A stretch of DNA of 64,000 bases from Octopus sinensis (lineage: Eukaryota), in the NCBI RefSeq assembly GCF_006345805.1, contig NC_043005.1, positions 41,478,001 to 41,542,000 on the forward strand, written 5' to 3'. The translations under genes and the position numbers were made by a program. A model generated the notes under the pieces. The model was not told the origin of the DNA. It saw only the letters and a list, made by a program, of their open reading frames with translations, and did not search any database. Below, one piece after another: positions 22,620-35,882 of the stretch; the first letter of the stretch is position 1; each line of letters opens with the position of its first letter.

Positions 22620-24960
22620 TGTATAAAAGACAAAATAGACTGAAAAAACTACAGAAGGCTTGTGTTATATGGTAAAGAATTTGAGAAATTTGAAAAGAAA
22701 ATACGAAACCAGTTATTTCTCCAAGAACAATATTACTATACGCAAAATTTTATAACATTTCTCTAACATAACGATTTAAATGTATTCTTTAACTATATAA
22801 CACAAGCTTCTGTAGATTTTTCACTCTATTTTGTCTTTTATGCATCCAACCACGTGCTTTCACATACCAACTCTCTCACCCATATACTAAAACACGTGAG
22901 ACCGAAAATACCACCGAAGACTAATACTTCGGATAGAATTACAAACGAGGACATACGTGTACTTAAAGAACTCAAAAACATTAACTCACACCTCATTACC
23001 TTAAATAACAAAATCGAGGACTCGCCCGGGAGAGGAAAAACAGTGAAGAAACAACTCACTACACTGATCAGGTTAGTAATGACTTATAACTTTTAAGCAC
23101 AACCCTCAACTCAATGTTCATTTATAAACCCAACAATGAGCAACAACCCCTTTCTCCACGACACTTTCAAGGAATTCCTTTTAAAACAAGAACAAATTAG
23201 CAAAGATTTAAGCACTCTATGCACTACACTAAAGTCGGTCTTCACAAACAAACCGAACAACAACCAACGCACACAAAATGAAACACACTAGACTTCATAC
23301 TTACACAAGTCAATCTAACAAAAAGAAAAATAGACAACATCTGGAACACAAATCTCCATAATAGAAAACTCGCTTTCTAGAATATGATAAATAATTACAA
23401 CAAAGCAGATGTATACGAGGGATGGATGAACTCAACACCAATTATCCTCACACGCAAATCCCAGATCAAAACAATACCCAACGAACCTGACGGACAGAGG
23501 ACTATTAGGGAAAGGTTAGCACTATTCCATCTAAAATAAGAGATCGAACGACTAAGACTTATAGCCTCCTCTAATGAAGAAAAATATAAAGACATCGACG
23601 AGGAGATGCACAGGGAAATAAACAAACAAACCGAGGGACAACCCCTCGAAAACACCATAAATTTTTGGAAAGAAGTCTGTGAAAAGGAAGAGAGAAATTC
23701 TCTCATACACTGGGAAAAAAAGCAATGATTTCTTCCAAAGATATGAATCAACTTTTAAAAAATAATTCTGTGCAGATAATCCTTTTCTAAAGAAAAAAAA
23801 ACTATAAATAACAAACAAAAACTGAACAACGCACAAATTACACCTGCAATTTCAACCACTTAGTCAACAACAACTCCCCCTCATTATCCTCCACACACCA
23901 TAAATAGAAATCACTAACCACCACCATTTTTGAACCACCAAAAACTAAACAGCGAACAAGCCGACAGCTAACACATTTATGAAATAGATTACACCAAATC
24001 TAAAGATCACCCATACATCAGGAACAGAACACATTAACGTCCCAATACCAAGCATAACCACCCCATAACAACACAAAACAACACCACTACCCCATGACCC
24101 AAAATTACTGGTCCCCACCGAACACAAGAACAGTACAAAATAACACTAGGTCAAGAAAAACCCCGCATACAAGAAATTCCAAACAAAAATATACCGCATA
24201 GAGAAATGTTACACACATCACTATCCAAAACATCCATAGACACTGACATACATAACAATCTGAGGCAACAATACCACCAATCCCATACAACTTCACAGAC
24301 AGCTCATACAAACAAAACTGCAACCAACATTTTTTAGCCCCAGGCCAGAGACACCAGGACATAGGTTGGAACCTGGTGATCAGGCAAAACTGAAGATAAT
24401 TAACCTCTCAACTAAACCTCTTTCAAGCTCAAAAATAGACATCCTCTCAAAAAGGTTAAAATTCACGCCAACTCCACGCGGAGCCAACCAAAATGAAGTA
24501 TAATAGAATTCTGTAGAAAATTAAGACTCTAAGAAGCATCAACTAATTACAATACTGAAGATGGCTCTCTAGTCAAAAACAAAAGTGGACCCATTCCCCA
24601 CAAAGGAAGAAATAAAAATCTTGATGAATTTTGAAACTACATTGAGAACTTTCCCTACCACACCATGCATAAACAGACACTTAACTCAAACTTTAACACT
24701 GCACTATGGAAGGAACAGAACTTCAAAATAATGAAGATATAACGATTAATGAAGCAGATAAAGGGAGTGCAGTGGTAGTAATGGACACATTATACTATAG
24801 AAATCTAGTATTCTCCATGCTTAATGGCAGTCAACATTACGAAAAATTCACAAACGACACCTCGCAAAAAATAACGAAAACCCTGTCCTCACTAATTAAA
24901 ACCCATGGTAAAGAACTGACAACTGAAGAAATTGACTTTTTAACAAACTTTCCATGTTCA
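22620..24960 (+). mobile_element. Penelope-like element, decayed (endonuclease tail/pseudo-LTR, then N-terminal ORF into RT start)
   Basis: ~24420 SSKPLSSSKIDILSKRLKFTPTPR (LSKGLKF motif); ~24555 EDGSLVKNKS...GRNKNLDEF; ORF 24706-25026 ITINEADKGSAVVVMD (ADKG motif); 23440-23730 KYKDIDEEMH...FWKEVCEKEE. Confidence 0.8.
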
Positions 24961-24974
24961 GCGGTAGCTACAGT

Positions 24975-25480
24975 TTTATGCGGTGAGGATGACTACCACA
25001 AAGCACCAAGTGTTACAAAAACCTGAAAGTCATAGACAGGCGAGACAACTCACCCCAAATCCCATGCAGGAGTGATGGCCATCGACATTTCACCATGAGA
25101 CGAGGTGGTGAAGCATGATCTTCGAACGTCGGGCCTAACGGAGATGGTGACAAGTAACCGAAACCAATGGCAAGATGCTGTGCTTGAGAAGACTTGTCAT
25201 GCCAAGAGAAATTGTAGTCGTGGTCGTTGCCCGTGTCATGTGAATGGATTCCGTGAAATCGTAAACGTGGCCATTGCCGGCAGCATGATATTCGAATGTC
25301 GGGGCTCATGGAAGCAATGACAAGTGACCGAGACCTTTGGCGAAGTGCTGCGGTTGAGAAGACTTGTCAAGCCAAGTGAAGTCGTGACCGTTGCCAGTAT
25401 CATGTAAATGGCATCTGTGAAATCATAGCCGTAGCCGTTGCTGGTGTCATGTAAATGGCATTCGTGTCGGTGGCACGTAT
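24975..25480 (+). mobile_element. RTE LINE 3' end with internal tandem duplication
   Basis: VVKHDLRT.GLTEMVTSNRNQWQDAVLEKT followed by a second GLMEAMTSDRDLWRSAAVEKT unit and its 3' UTR. Confidence 0.75.
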
Positions 25481-26323
25481 TAGAACGTTCGGACAAGAGA
25501 AACAAGAATTAGGACAGGAAAAAAAAAGATGGGTCTTTCGTGGCTTTCTTTCCTCAGTCAAGTTCCAGAAGTCACGACCATTTCGGACAGTTGCACTTGA
25601 GATGGTTTGATCTGGTTGCCCCCGTCCCCAAAAAGTTTAAGCTAAGAGCATTAGACCCCTTTGTAAGAAAGCTAGCGAATGTGTACGGCAACAAAGACAA
25701 AAAACAAACAAACAAAAAAGCGGAGAACATGGTACACAATTACGAATACAAACAAGAAATAACAGGTGTCTTTCGACCGAGAAGGAATCAAATTGAGCTG
25801 TCGTATATGAAGTAAAAGCCTAAAGGCACATAGGGGATGGACATAAGAGGTGTTGGCGGTCGGCAGTCAGGCCAAGAAAGATAGATCATGGCTGGCCGGA
25901 CACCGGTCATATGGAAGGAGAGATGGGTAGGGGGCAGCGGGATTGAAGGATTAGAAAAAGATCAGAGACAAAGAGAAAGGTACAAGGGAGATAAACGAGT
26001 GGGAAATAGTGGGAGTTAAAGAAAGAACTAAGAAATGTGAGAGAGAGGGAGCGAGAAAAATAAAAGAAGAAAAAAGATAGAGTAAGAATCGTATAAGATT
26101 TAGATACATACCTACTATGGAGTGAGCACAAGGGTGTACGTACACCGATATGTGTGTGTGTATATATATATATATAAGAACCGCAATGTTATTTAGCAAA
26201 GCGCACGCAACCATGTGCTGCCCTCTGTTGGCGAGCTACAGATTTCTTGCCAATAGAGAAAGAGCTGGTTTCTAACCTAGATCCAAGGCTCCTTCATTGG
26301 AGTTTCAACATCAACAAGGTATG

Positions 26324-26354
<31 letters not shown>

Positions 26355-27224
26355 TGTATGTATGTACACTTACAGATCTTTTATATGTATGTATTTATAT
26401 ATATGTATTGTTTTATATATGTATTTTTACAGTTCCAGTGATGAATTGGACCTGTAGTCTTCGAATCAGCTTTCTCCTTTTCGGTTTTAAGACACCGAAT
26501 TTCTCAAGATTGGTATTTAGGCAGTGTGTCACATATCCAAGTGCCCCAATAATTACAGGTATAAACGTGAGCTTGTAATCTGTATGTATGTATGTCTAAA
26601 AAGAAAAACAGGTACAATCAGAGACAGATGTGTGTGCATGCATAAAGCCATGGAAAGTGTAGGAAAGTGTAAGGTGAGAAGTGTTGTTCTGACTAAGACA
26701 GTTTTCCAATAATTGCCAGCAACAAGTTGTCCAGGACATGTCTGGCATATATTTTTCATAATTCATTACTTTTGTGCATAGAAAATTTCGTTAAAAAAAT
26801 CTTCCGAGAGAGGGGGAGAAGGGAGGGAGAGAGAAAGGGAGAGAGAGAGAGAGAAACAGACCGACAAAGCTGGTGTGACTGTATGGTGACAGCGAAGAAA
26901 TGAAGGATGGTGTTTCACAAAGCCATATACACAGACACAAATAATCGCTATCACACTTTTCCCCCCTCTATCTCTGGCACACACATACACCCATTCATGT
27001 GCACTCATGTGCATGTACACACATGTACACACTGAAAATCCACTTATATGCAACCACCACGTGCACATACAGACAGATGCATGCACTCAAGTACTTACAC
27101 AGACACACATACTCGCGCATGCTCACTCACATGCATATGCGATACATACATTATTTAAAGGAGTGATAAAGTTTCTTTTATTTAATTCTTTAAATTTTAC
27201 ATACATTTCAATTATTACAACTCT

Positions 27225-27269
27225 GTCTCTGTCTGTCTGTCTCTCTCTCTCCCTCTCTCTGTCCTTCCT

Positions 27270-27311
<42 letters not shown>

Positions 27312-27412
27312 ATCTATCTATTTACCTGTCTACCTACCTATCTACCTACCCACCCGCCAACCCACCCACTTACCTACCTACCTACCTACCTACCTACCTA
27401 CCTACCACGTAC

Positions 27413-27456
<44 letters not shown>

Positions 27457-27469
27457 ATCTATCTATCTA

Positions 27470-27542
<73 letters not shown>

Positions 27543-27557
27543 ATATCTATCTATCTA

Positions 27558-27628
<71 letters not shown>

Positions 27629-27650
27629 TATATCTATCTATCTATCTATC
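27225..27650. repeat. Compound (CT)/(CTAT)/(CTAC)/(CTGT)n microsatellite
   Basis: Directly visible; explains the 240-aa ORF 27007-27729. Confidence 0.95.
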
Positions 27651-27654
27651 TAAA

Positions 27655-27825
27655 TCTACTCAGGTATGGCTGAGTAGTAAAAAGTTTGCTTCTCATCCAA
27701 ATGAGTCCAGGTTCAGTTCTACTGGGTAACACCCTGGGCAACTGACTTCTACTATCGCCCTGGGCCAACCAAAATCCATATTTGGTAGACAAAAATTGAA
27801 ACAAGCCTGTCACATATAGGTTTAT
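27655..27825 (+). mobile_element. SINE family B 5' fragment
   Basis: GGTTCAGTTCT..CCCTGGGCAACTGACTTCTACTAT..GGCCAACCAAA..TTTGGTAGAC. Confidence 0.65.
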
Positions 27826-27929
27826 ACACACACACTCGCGCGCGTCATTGTCTCCTTGTTTTGACATCCTATGACAGTTGTCAACGTGTTTCATCATCAT
27901 GCCATTAGTATCTTTTGATTCCCAATACC

Positions 27930-28412
27930 CTATGGTTTGAGATAAATCCAGCTGGTTTCCTTGAACGTTTCATAACCCAGGAGGAGTGTTGGTTTCATCA
28001 CTTTGAGCCAATCCATGCAGTGGAACCCCCCCCCCCCCACTTCACCTGCTCTAAAGAAGATCAATGTCGTTTCATTTGCAAGATGATGGCCTCAGGTTTT
28101 TTGGGATAGAAAAGGTGCAGTGTTTGTCGATTATCTTCAGAAAGTTCCGTATTCTCCTGATTTGGATCCGTCTGACTATCATCTGTTCCCTAACATGAAA
28201 AAACACTTGATTGGGAACCAATATCGCAGTGATGATGACGTCTTTAACGAACAGGGTGAAAGCTTCTTTGTTAATGGGATCTATGCACTGCATCACCGAT
28301 GGTAGAAATGCATGGCTAGCAAGGGGGACTATGTTTGTAAAATAAACCTCACCTGGCTACATTCCAGAACAATATCTTGGTCACCTTATGAACGTTTCAG
28401 CCAAAACTCGTA
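27930..28412 (+). mobile_element. mariner, internally deleted 3' half with right TIR
   Basis: FLERFITQEECWFHHFEP and YSPDLDPSDYHLFPNMKK motifs; TIR ATGAACGTTTCAGCCAAAACTCGTA; same family as 59501-60779. Confidence 0.85.
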
Positions 28413-28419
28413 TATAAAA

Positions 28420-28723
28420 CTAGCAGTATCGCCCGGCGTTGCTCGGGTTTGTAAGGGAAATAACTATATAAGCATTTTTAGAGAGTTACTTCCCTTATAT
28501 AAACCGAGCAAAAAATGCATTAAAAATGCGGAAAATTCATGGTAAATTTTTTTAAAATCGTAGATTCATCGTATACGCGCGCTAATACCCAGAAGGGCTT
28601 GATATGAATCACGACTATAAGATACCCGCTTTTGGTTAAACTGCACCGCAAGATGTGGGAGTAGTTAGGAATCTAAATCGGAGTAGACAGACACACACAC
28701 AACTTCAGTTTTATATATAAAGA
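28420..28723 (-). mobile_element. Complete non-autonomous Helitron (~304 bp)
   Basis: Minus strand starts TC(TTTATATATAAAACTGAAG) and ends with CCCG-AGCAACGC-CGGG hairpin then CTAG; inserted between A and T, no TSD. Confidence 0.85.
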
Positions 28724-28727
28724 TTAA

Positions 28728-28940
28728 AAGGCGGTGTGCTGGCAGAATTGTTAGTATGCTGGGAAAAATGCTTAGCAGTATTTCATTCGTCTTCAAGTAC
28801 TAAGTTATAATTCCACCGAGGTCGACTGTGCCTTTCATCTAGTCGGGGTCAGTAAAATAAGTATCAGTTGAGCACTGGGATCGATGTAATCGACATACCT
28901 ACTTCCCTGAAATTGCTGGCCTTGTGCCAAAATTTGAATA
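28728..28940 (+). mobile_element. SINE family A
   Basis: GGCGGTG.GCTGGCAGAAT.GTTAG head; CTTGTGCCAAAATTTGAA tail variant. Confidence 0.85.
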
Positions 28941-28945
28941 CAGTA

Positions 28946-29325
28946 TAGGCGCAAGAGTGGTTGTGTGGTAAGAAGCTGCTTCCCAACCACATTGTTCCGG
29001 GTTAATGTCTTCTACGATGGCCTCGGGCCGACCAAAGCCTTATGAGTAGATTTGGTGGACGGAAACCGAAAGAAACCCACGACGTATATATATATATATA
29101 TATATTTATATGTATGTATGTATTTGTGTGTCTGTGCTTGTCCCTCCACTATCGCTTGACAACTGATGAAGGTGTGTTTACGTACCCGTAACTTAACGGT
29201 TCGGCAAACTAAACCGATAGAATAAAGTACTAGGCTTACAATGAATAAGTCCTGGAGTCGATTTGTTCGACTAAAGACGGTCCTCCAGCATGGCCGCAGT
29301 CAAATGACTGAAACAAGTAAAAAAT
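28946..29325 (+). mobile_element. SINE family B, full length
   Basis: GGCGCAAGAGTGGTTGTGTGG head to GAAACAAGTAAAA tail. Confidence 0.88.
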
Positions 29326-30552
29326 AATAATATATATATATAGAATTAATAATTTCATTCTTTGCAAACTAACATTCAGTCCTTAACACCAGGCTTTTGC
29401 TTTAAACAATTCTAATATTTATCTTCCTTTTTATTTTCATCAGACTTGAATAACGTTATTATTTGAAAGTAAATTGTACAGGAAGCATACGGTCATAGCT
29501 TCTCTACTGTATTATTCAACGAAAGTTTATGAAAGTGTTCTTCTTGTGTGGAGATATTTTCATCTAAGTACTACTACCCTTGTATTAAATTAGATGGCAA
29601 AAAGTTTTTGAGGCAGTATAAGACCCGACTAGGTAAGGAACTGCATTGCTTGCTGAAGCTCATGATTTTACATCTATCATGTTTCCATGAACAAAATAAC
29701 AAAGCTCGTCCATAAGAGATGTCATCGCAAGACGAACTCCGCAGTAACTGGCCTGTCAACGGTGTGCATACTTTAAGTATGATACATTGATGGCTATTTC
29801 AATTTTATACTGCTTCAATTGCGTACACATACGCGTGTGCACACGCACATACACATACATGCACGCACACACACACAATCGGTCAGTCGTTCATAAGTCC
29901 GTAAAAGAACTCGCCTTAAGAACTTCTGAGCTCTAATATTTAATGTTTGTAAGGGAGTTACCATTGGTTATGTTTACCATTGGTTATGTTTGTCAGGGAG
30001 TTACCATTAGTTTCAGACCTATAATGCTCTTGGCGATATTGGCGACACAGTAGACCTGCTGGCCGGAGGCATCTTGGGCCAGCGTCTACTACTATAACCT
30101 CGGCTTAATCCATACCTTGTGATGGAAATAAGGAATCCAGAAACTGTACGGAAACCTGTAAAATAGACTGTAACTGTGTCACGATGATTTTGCGTGAGGA
30201 TTAAGGGTATGCATGTCCGTGAATATTCAGTTATATGTTAATTCAATGAATATGTGGTTCAGTTGATCATCATCAAAACTGACGGAGATCCATTCGTTAT
30301 TTTTATGTGTCTATTTGTGTATGTATTGAATGTGCGTGTTTTCATTTTCAAGCAATAACCATGCTGATTTGTTGAAATCCAGACAACAATAGACTGTTTG
30401 AATAAGCTACAAAATTTTATTTCAATCCTCTCATTGAATAAGTTTTATAAATTTCGGTTTTCTTAATTTGATTTCTCTACATATCAGACGTTAAGTAAGA
30501 TATTCAATGTTCTGTGTCAGTTGTTCATTGTCAAATTTAGATTGAAATAGAG

Positions 30553-30613
<61 letters not shown>

Positions 30614-30844
30614 TCTATGTTGAGTGTGTGTGTGTGTGTGTGTATTGGGAGAAAAGCGGATCGGGAAATGTGAGCGAAATAAGGAAATAAAGTTTAGTAG
30701 CCAGAACATGATGCATTATCCACAAGTTCACATAAACAACGTTAATTTCAAAGAACTTCCATTCACCGCATACATGAGGTACGTACATACACGTAGAGAA
30801 ATACAAATATATTTATTCAAACACATACACACACGCATATATAT

Positions 30845-30848
30845 ATAC

Positions 30849-30879
<31 letters not shown>

Positions 30880-31000
30880 TGTATGTATGTATGTATGTAT
30901 GTACGTACGTACGTACGTACGTACGTACGTATGTATGTATGTATGTATGTATGTATGTATGTATGTATGTATGTATGTATGTATGTATGTGTATATATGT
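30845..31000. repeat. (TATG)n/(TACG)n microsatellite
   Basis: Directly visible. Similar arrays at 34361-34472, 36600-36810, 41715-41930, 42435-42555, 42660-42765, 53467-53790, 55877-56150, 57180-57270, 59195-59245. Confidence 0.95.
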
Positions 31001-31703
31001 ATGTACACTCACTTCTGATATAGTCAGTTACGTCACCTGTCAGATATGATTGAAGATGTCCTAATCTTTATAGATCATATGGTGCATACATGAATATCTG
31101 ATGATATAAGCAAAGAAACTTGATACTGTTGGACAAAGAAAACTTCCAGACAAGTTTTTAATAAATTTGAACGGCTACCGCTGGTACTTATGCAATCGAT
31201 AATGCTGCTGCCGATACTGCTGTTGTATTTAATAATAATGAAGATTTCCTTCTTTTTTTTTTTAATTCAAAAGTTTTCTACAGATCGGTCTTCTTGAGAA
31301 TTTTGGTATTTACTAATCGCTTCATCATATAAAAGATGCGAAATAACTCATTTCTCTGGGAACTTTAACTTGATTCTGCTACATTTTAGCTCGCAAGATT
31401 TTCTGCTTGATCTTCAAAAGAAAGAATTTAATCTGCAAGTAAGATTTATAGATTTTGAATAATTCTACGTATGCAGTTGACCATGATTAATAGACGGACG
31501 GAATAAATACTGACATAGCGCTAGGTTTTAAGTGGCACTGACTCTAAGCGAAAGGCTTCATGCATCACATTAGAGAGTGACCTCAATTGGCTTGCTTCAC
31601 AGGAGAAATATCTATAGGCTAAATTCAGCAAGTCAAATGCGAAATTTAAAACTTAAGAGTGAAAGAGAGAGAAAGAGAGAGAGAGAGAAAGAGAAAGAGA
31701 GAT

Positions 31704-31743
<40 letters not shown>

Positions 31744-31873
31744 AGAGGGGACGATGAGACCTGTGTAAATTTGAGAATGTCAGTGTTGTAAAGCAGTTGA
31801 TGGGAGCAATTTACATATTCAAGGCATAAAGAAAAAATAGTTGGATGTACATAGTTTCACTTTCCCTCACGAG

Positions 31874-31909
<36 letters not shown>

Positions 31910-31910
<1 letters not shown>

Positions 31911-32297
31911 TGGATGGAAGCACTCCGTCGGCTACGACGACGAGGGTTCCGGTTGATCCGAATCAACGGAACAGCCTGCTCGTGAAATTAACGTGTAAGT
32001 GGCTGAGCACTCCACAGACACGTGTACCCTTAACGTAGTTCTCGGGGATATTCAGCGTGACACAGAGAGTGACAAGGCCGGCCCCTTGAAATACAGGTAC
32101 AACAGAAACAGGAAGTAAGAGTGAGAGAAAGTTGTGGTGAAAGAGTACAGCAGGGATCGCCACCACCCGCTGCCGGAGCCTCGTGGAGCTTTAGGTGTTT
32201 TCGCTCAATAAACACTCACAACGCCCGGTCTGGGAATCGAAACCGCGATCCTACGACCGCGAGTCCGCTGCCCTAACCACTGGGCCATTGCGCCTCC
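31910..32297 (-). mobile_element. tRNA-headed SINE, family C, full length and young
   Basis: Minus strand GGAGGCGCAATGGCCCAGTGGTTAGG (A box)...GGTTTCGATTCCC (B box), long body, (TCCA) tail; CpGs intact; sits in a (CA)n tract. Confidence 0.88.
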
Positions 32298-32329
32298 ACA
32301 CACACAAGGGTTGTACCGACAGAAATGTA

Positions 32330-33560
32330 TCAGTGAGCATAACATTTTTTAAAATTAACTAACATCGGTTTTTCAAATTGCATAATGTTTGTAGAGTAGC
32401 TCTTCCTATGCAATAACTCTCCTTCCTGTTTTTCTTCGTTGTAATAATGAGTTCTTAGCAAAAGCAATAAGCCGTCATTGATTTGTTGAGGAAAGAGTGT
32501 TACGTTACAAATTGTTTCACATCCACAGAAGTCTACAAGCTGGTTACGGAGATGACATCATTGACAAGAGCAATGCACACAAGTGGAATAAGAAGCTTAA
32601 AAGACGAGAAACCGATACCACGGGAAATCATCTGACACGAACTGCCAGCGAGTGGGTCAGTTGATTCGTACGGACAGACGAGTCATAATCAGCTTGTTGT
32701 ACAAATGGATTGTGGTCACAATGCATTATAGAAGATGCGGAAGACTTTGGGTACTGAGAAGAGTGTGCAAAGTGGGTACCTCAGCAGTTGACACCAGACT
32801 AAGAGAAGAATAGCAATCTGCTCTGATCCATTGGAAGCATTTGAAACCAAACCAATAAAATCACATTTTTTCCTCGAATTGATGACAAGGAATCAAACGT
32901 ATGAGTATCTTTATGATCCAGAAACGAAGGATCAGACCATGGAATGGTATCGCATCTCTTCTCCAAGGTCTAAGAAATCGATGAGCCAATGATTAGCACT
33001 GTGAGCCACGGTGACTCTCTTTTGGTGGGTTTGGTGGTGGATGATAAGAACGTAATTCACCTTGATCTTCTGGAAAGCGACTGTACGATGAACAACAAGC
33101 TGGACATTAAGACTCAAATTGTATCAGGAGGAAAAAAACCGTAAAAAGAATATGAAAACGATCTGCAGTCATCATATAGATACAGGACCGCAAATATCTT
33201 TATTAACAAATAAGGCAATAAGTACATAGGGCTACTCAGTGGTATCCTGACCATCCAGCCTAGATTTGGCACAACTTCGACCTGTTCGGCCCAAGGATTT
33301 TATGGCATAGACGAAGTGAAAGTGGCTATGAAGAAATGGATACAGCAGTGCAACCTAGTTTTTAAACGATGATTTGGGACATAGGTTCAAAATAGAAGGA
33401 ATGCATCACTTGCGATGGAGTACTTTTCTGTAGAGGAAGAGTTACTCTATGAACATATTGAATTTGAACGGCCAATGTCATTGGGACAAACCATATTAAT
33501 GTGATATCTTTGGCAAAACATTCTTTCCCAAATAACTTTTGAACTTCCGCTGAATCAATT
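32330..33560 (+). mobile_element. Highly degenerate mariner
   Basis: HRSLQAGYGDDIIDKSNAHKW (HTH), CAKWVPQQLT (WVPHEL motif), YLYDPETKDQTMEWY, SLDLA. Confidence 0.7.
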
Positions 33561-33639
33561 TATAGATTTAGTAACTGTTCAGTCTGCTCTCATTCCCTCT
33601 CTCAGGATGTCACGCAGAATATATATATATATATATATA

Positions 33640-33672
<33 letters not shown>

Positions 33673-33879
33673 AAATTTGGAATTTTACCAATAGAACCGC
33701 AACTCCTGTTTCAGGACAACCTTATTGTATGGAATATACAGAGAAAATTATATCCAATAAAATAATAATAATTAAATAATATAAGCATTAAAAAAACTTA
33801 CTATAAAATACAATAAAATTATTTGAAAAACATTTGCAAAAATATATATAACTTAAGTCTGTGGGGAGATAGGATATCT

Positions 33880-34200
33880 TCTTTCCCCACAGGTAGTTCC
33901 ATAACAGTTACGATGGGATTTTGTTCCACCAGGGTTTGCAGGTTGTCCTCATAGAGCTCTACAGATCCTCCAGGATGAGGTTTGTCTTCTAGACTGTAGT
34001 TTCCAGCTCGGAATTTCTAGAACCAGTACTGGCACTGGTTTATACTTATTGTTCAATCCCTATATACTGCATTAATATTCCTCACACTTTACGTTGCGTT
34101 GTTGCCTTTATTTAACTCTTTGCCCAATATGCTTCTTTGTCACTTCCATTATAGCTAAGAGACTTAAAGTTTTATAGGCTTCATAGAGAAGCCTAGCTCG
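33880..34200 (-). mobile_element. mariner (Mos1-like) N-terminal fragment
   Basis: Minus strand NINAVYRD.TISINQCQYWF.KFRAGNYSLEDKPHPG.SVEL.EDNLQTLVEQNP. Confidence 0.75.
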
Positions 34201-34472
34201 TTGAAGCTCAGGTTACTGAATGGAGGCGCACAGGAAGTCCAAGGTGACTACTGGAAAATGGGCTGCTATTGTTCAAGATCGACGATTCACTGATAGCAGT
34301 TCCGTTAGAAGGGGAATTTCTTGAACTACGTGGTTGGACAAGAAGCATGTGACGTTTAACTGTATGTATGTATGTATGTATGTATGTATGTATGTATGTA
34401 TGTATGTATGTATGTATGTATGTATGTATGTATGTATGTGTGTATGTATGTATGTATGTATGTATGTATGTA

Positions 34473-34739
34473 TTCAAAGAAATTCCAACTGTGTCTGTTT
34501 TTTATGTTTTATTTATATTCTTTATAATATTAATGTAGAATATAGAACATATTGTATAAATAATATATATAGTAAAATGAAATGAAGTACTGATTGTCTT
34601 ATTGAATAGATGAAATATTGAATATAAAGTATTAAGGAACTAGTATACTTTCTTGCATTAAAGCAGTCTTCAAGGTTCCAGGTTGTGACAGGAGTGTTTC
34701 AATGTGTTGACTGGCTCTCTTTTGTCCTATATATATATA

Positions 34740-34780
<41 letters not shown>

Positions 34781-35130
34781 ACATATATACATAATACATA
34801 CATACATACATACATACATGCATGCATGCATACATACATACATACATGAATACATACATACAACATACATACATACATACATAATACATACACACACATA
34901 CATACATACACTACATACATACATACATATTCTTTAACAGTAAATCCGCCGTTCATTTTCGCGATAATGTTCCACTAAACTTGGGGCGTTTTTGAAATTG
35001 ACCATACATTTTCATGGCTATAGGTGTGTACGTGTGAAGTGTGTGCGCTGTGTATGTGAATGTGTATGTGTGTGTGTGTGTATTTGTGCGCACGGTTATG
35101 CATATGTGTAAGAGAGAGAAGAAAAAGGGT

Positions 35131-35162
<32 letters not shown>

Positions 35163-35830
35163 AAGAGAAAGAAGTAAAGAGAGAGAGAGAGAGAGAAAGA
35201 GGAAGCTAGCATTCCACATTCAAACGCCATAACTTTTATACACTTGTATTAAATACCCAGTCATTATCGAGATCGAAAAACATTGTGAGAAAAAATCAAA
35301 GGGTACGACTGAAGTGAGCTTCAAAAGTGATGCGATTATACTGCCAAATCACAATGCCTCCAAGATTATATGTCAGCATTACCTCAGTTGTTCAACTGAA
35401 ACAAAAAGAATTTAAGCAGTTAATGAGTCTTCCACAGATTTATTTACGCGTAATTTGGATTATGCGAAATAGTGAGGGCATGCATGCAGTATGTATGTAT
35501 GTATGTATGTAATGTATGTATGTATGTATGATGTATGTATGTATGTGTGTATGTATGTAGTATGTTTATGTATGTATTCAAAGAATTCCAACTGTGTCTG
35601 TTTTTTATGTTTTATTTATATTCTTTATAATATTAATGTAGAATATAGAACATATTGTATAAATAATATATAGTAAAAAATGAAATGAAGTACTGATGTC
35701 TTATTGAATAGATGAAATATTGAATATAAAGTATTAAGGAACTAGTATACTTTCTTGCATTAAAGCAGTCTTCAAGGTTCCAGGTTGTGACAGGAGTGTT
35801 TCAATTGTGTTGACTGGCTCTCTTTTGTCC

Positions 35831-35882
<52 letters not shown>

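Noticed and set aside
24550-24590. CTGAAGA-TGGCT-CTCT-AGTCA-AAAAC hammerhead-like motif
   Set aside because: It lies in PLE coding sequence (EDGSLVKNKS), lacks GAAA and has no stem I.
27007-27729. Longest ORFs (240 aa here, 254 aa at 738-1502, and the many MYVC/HTYI/YIYI ORFs)
   Set aside because: Translations of microsatellites or antisense to TE remnants; not genes.
29340-29800. Possible transposase fragment on minus
   Set aside because: No diagnostic motif could be recovered in any frame.
32215-32297. tRNA-like sequence with A and B boxes
   Set aside because: Continues into a 390-bp SINE body and lacks a proper acceptor stem and terminator; it is a SINE head, not a tRNA gene.
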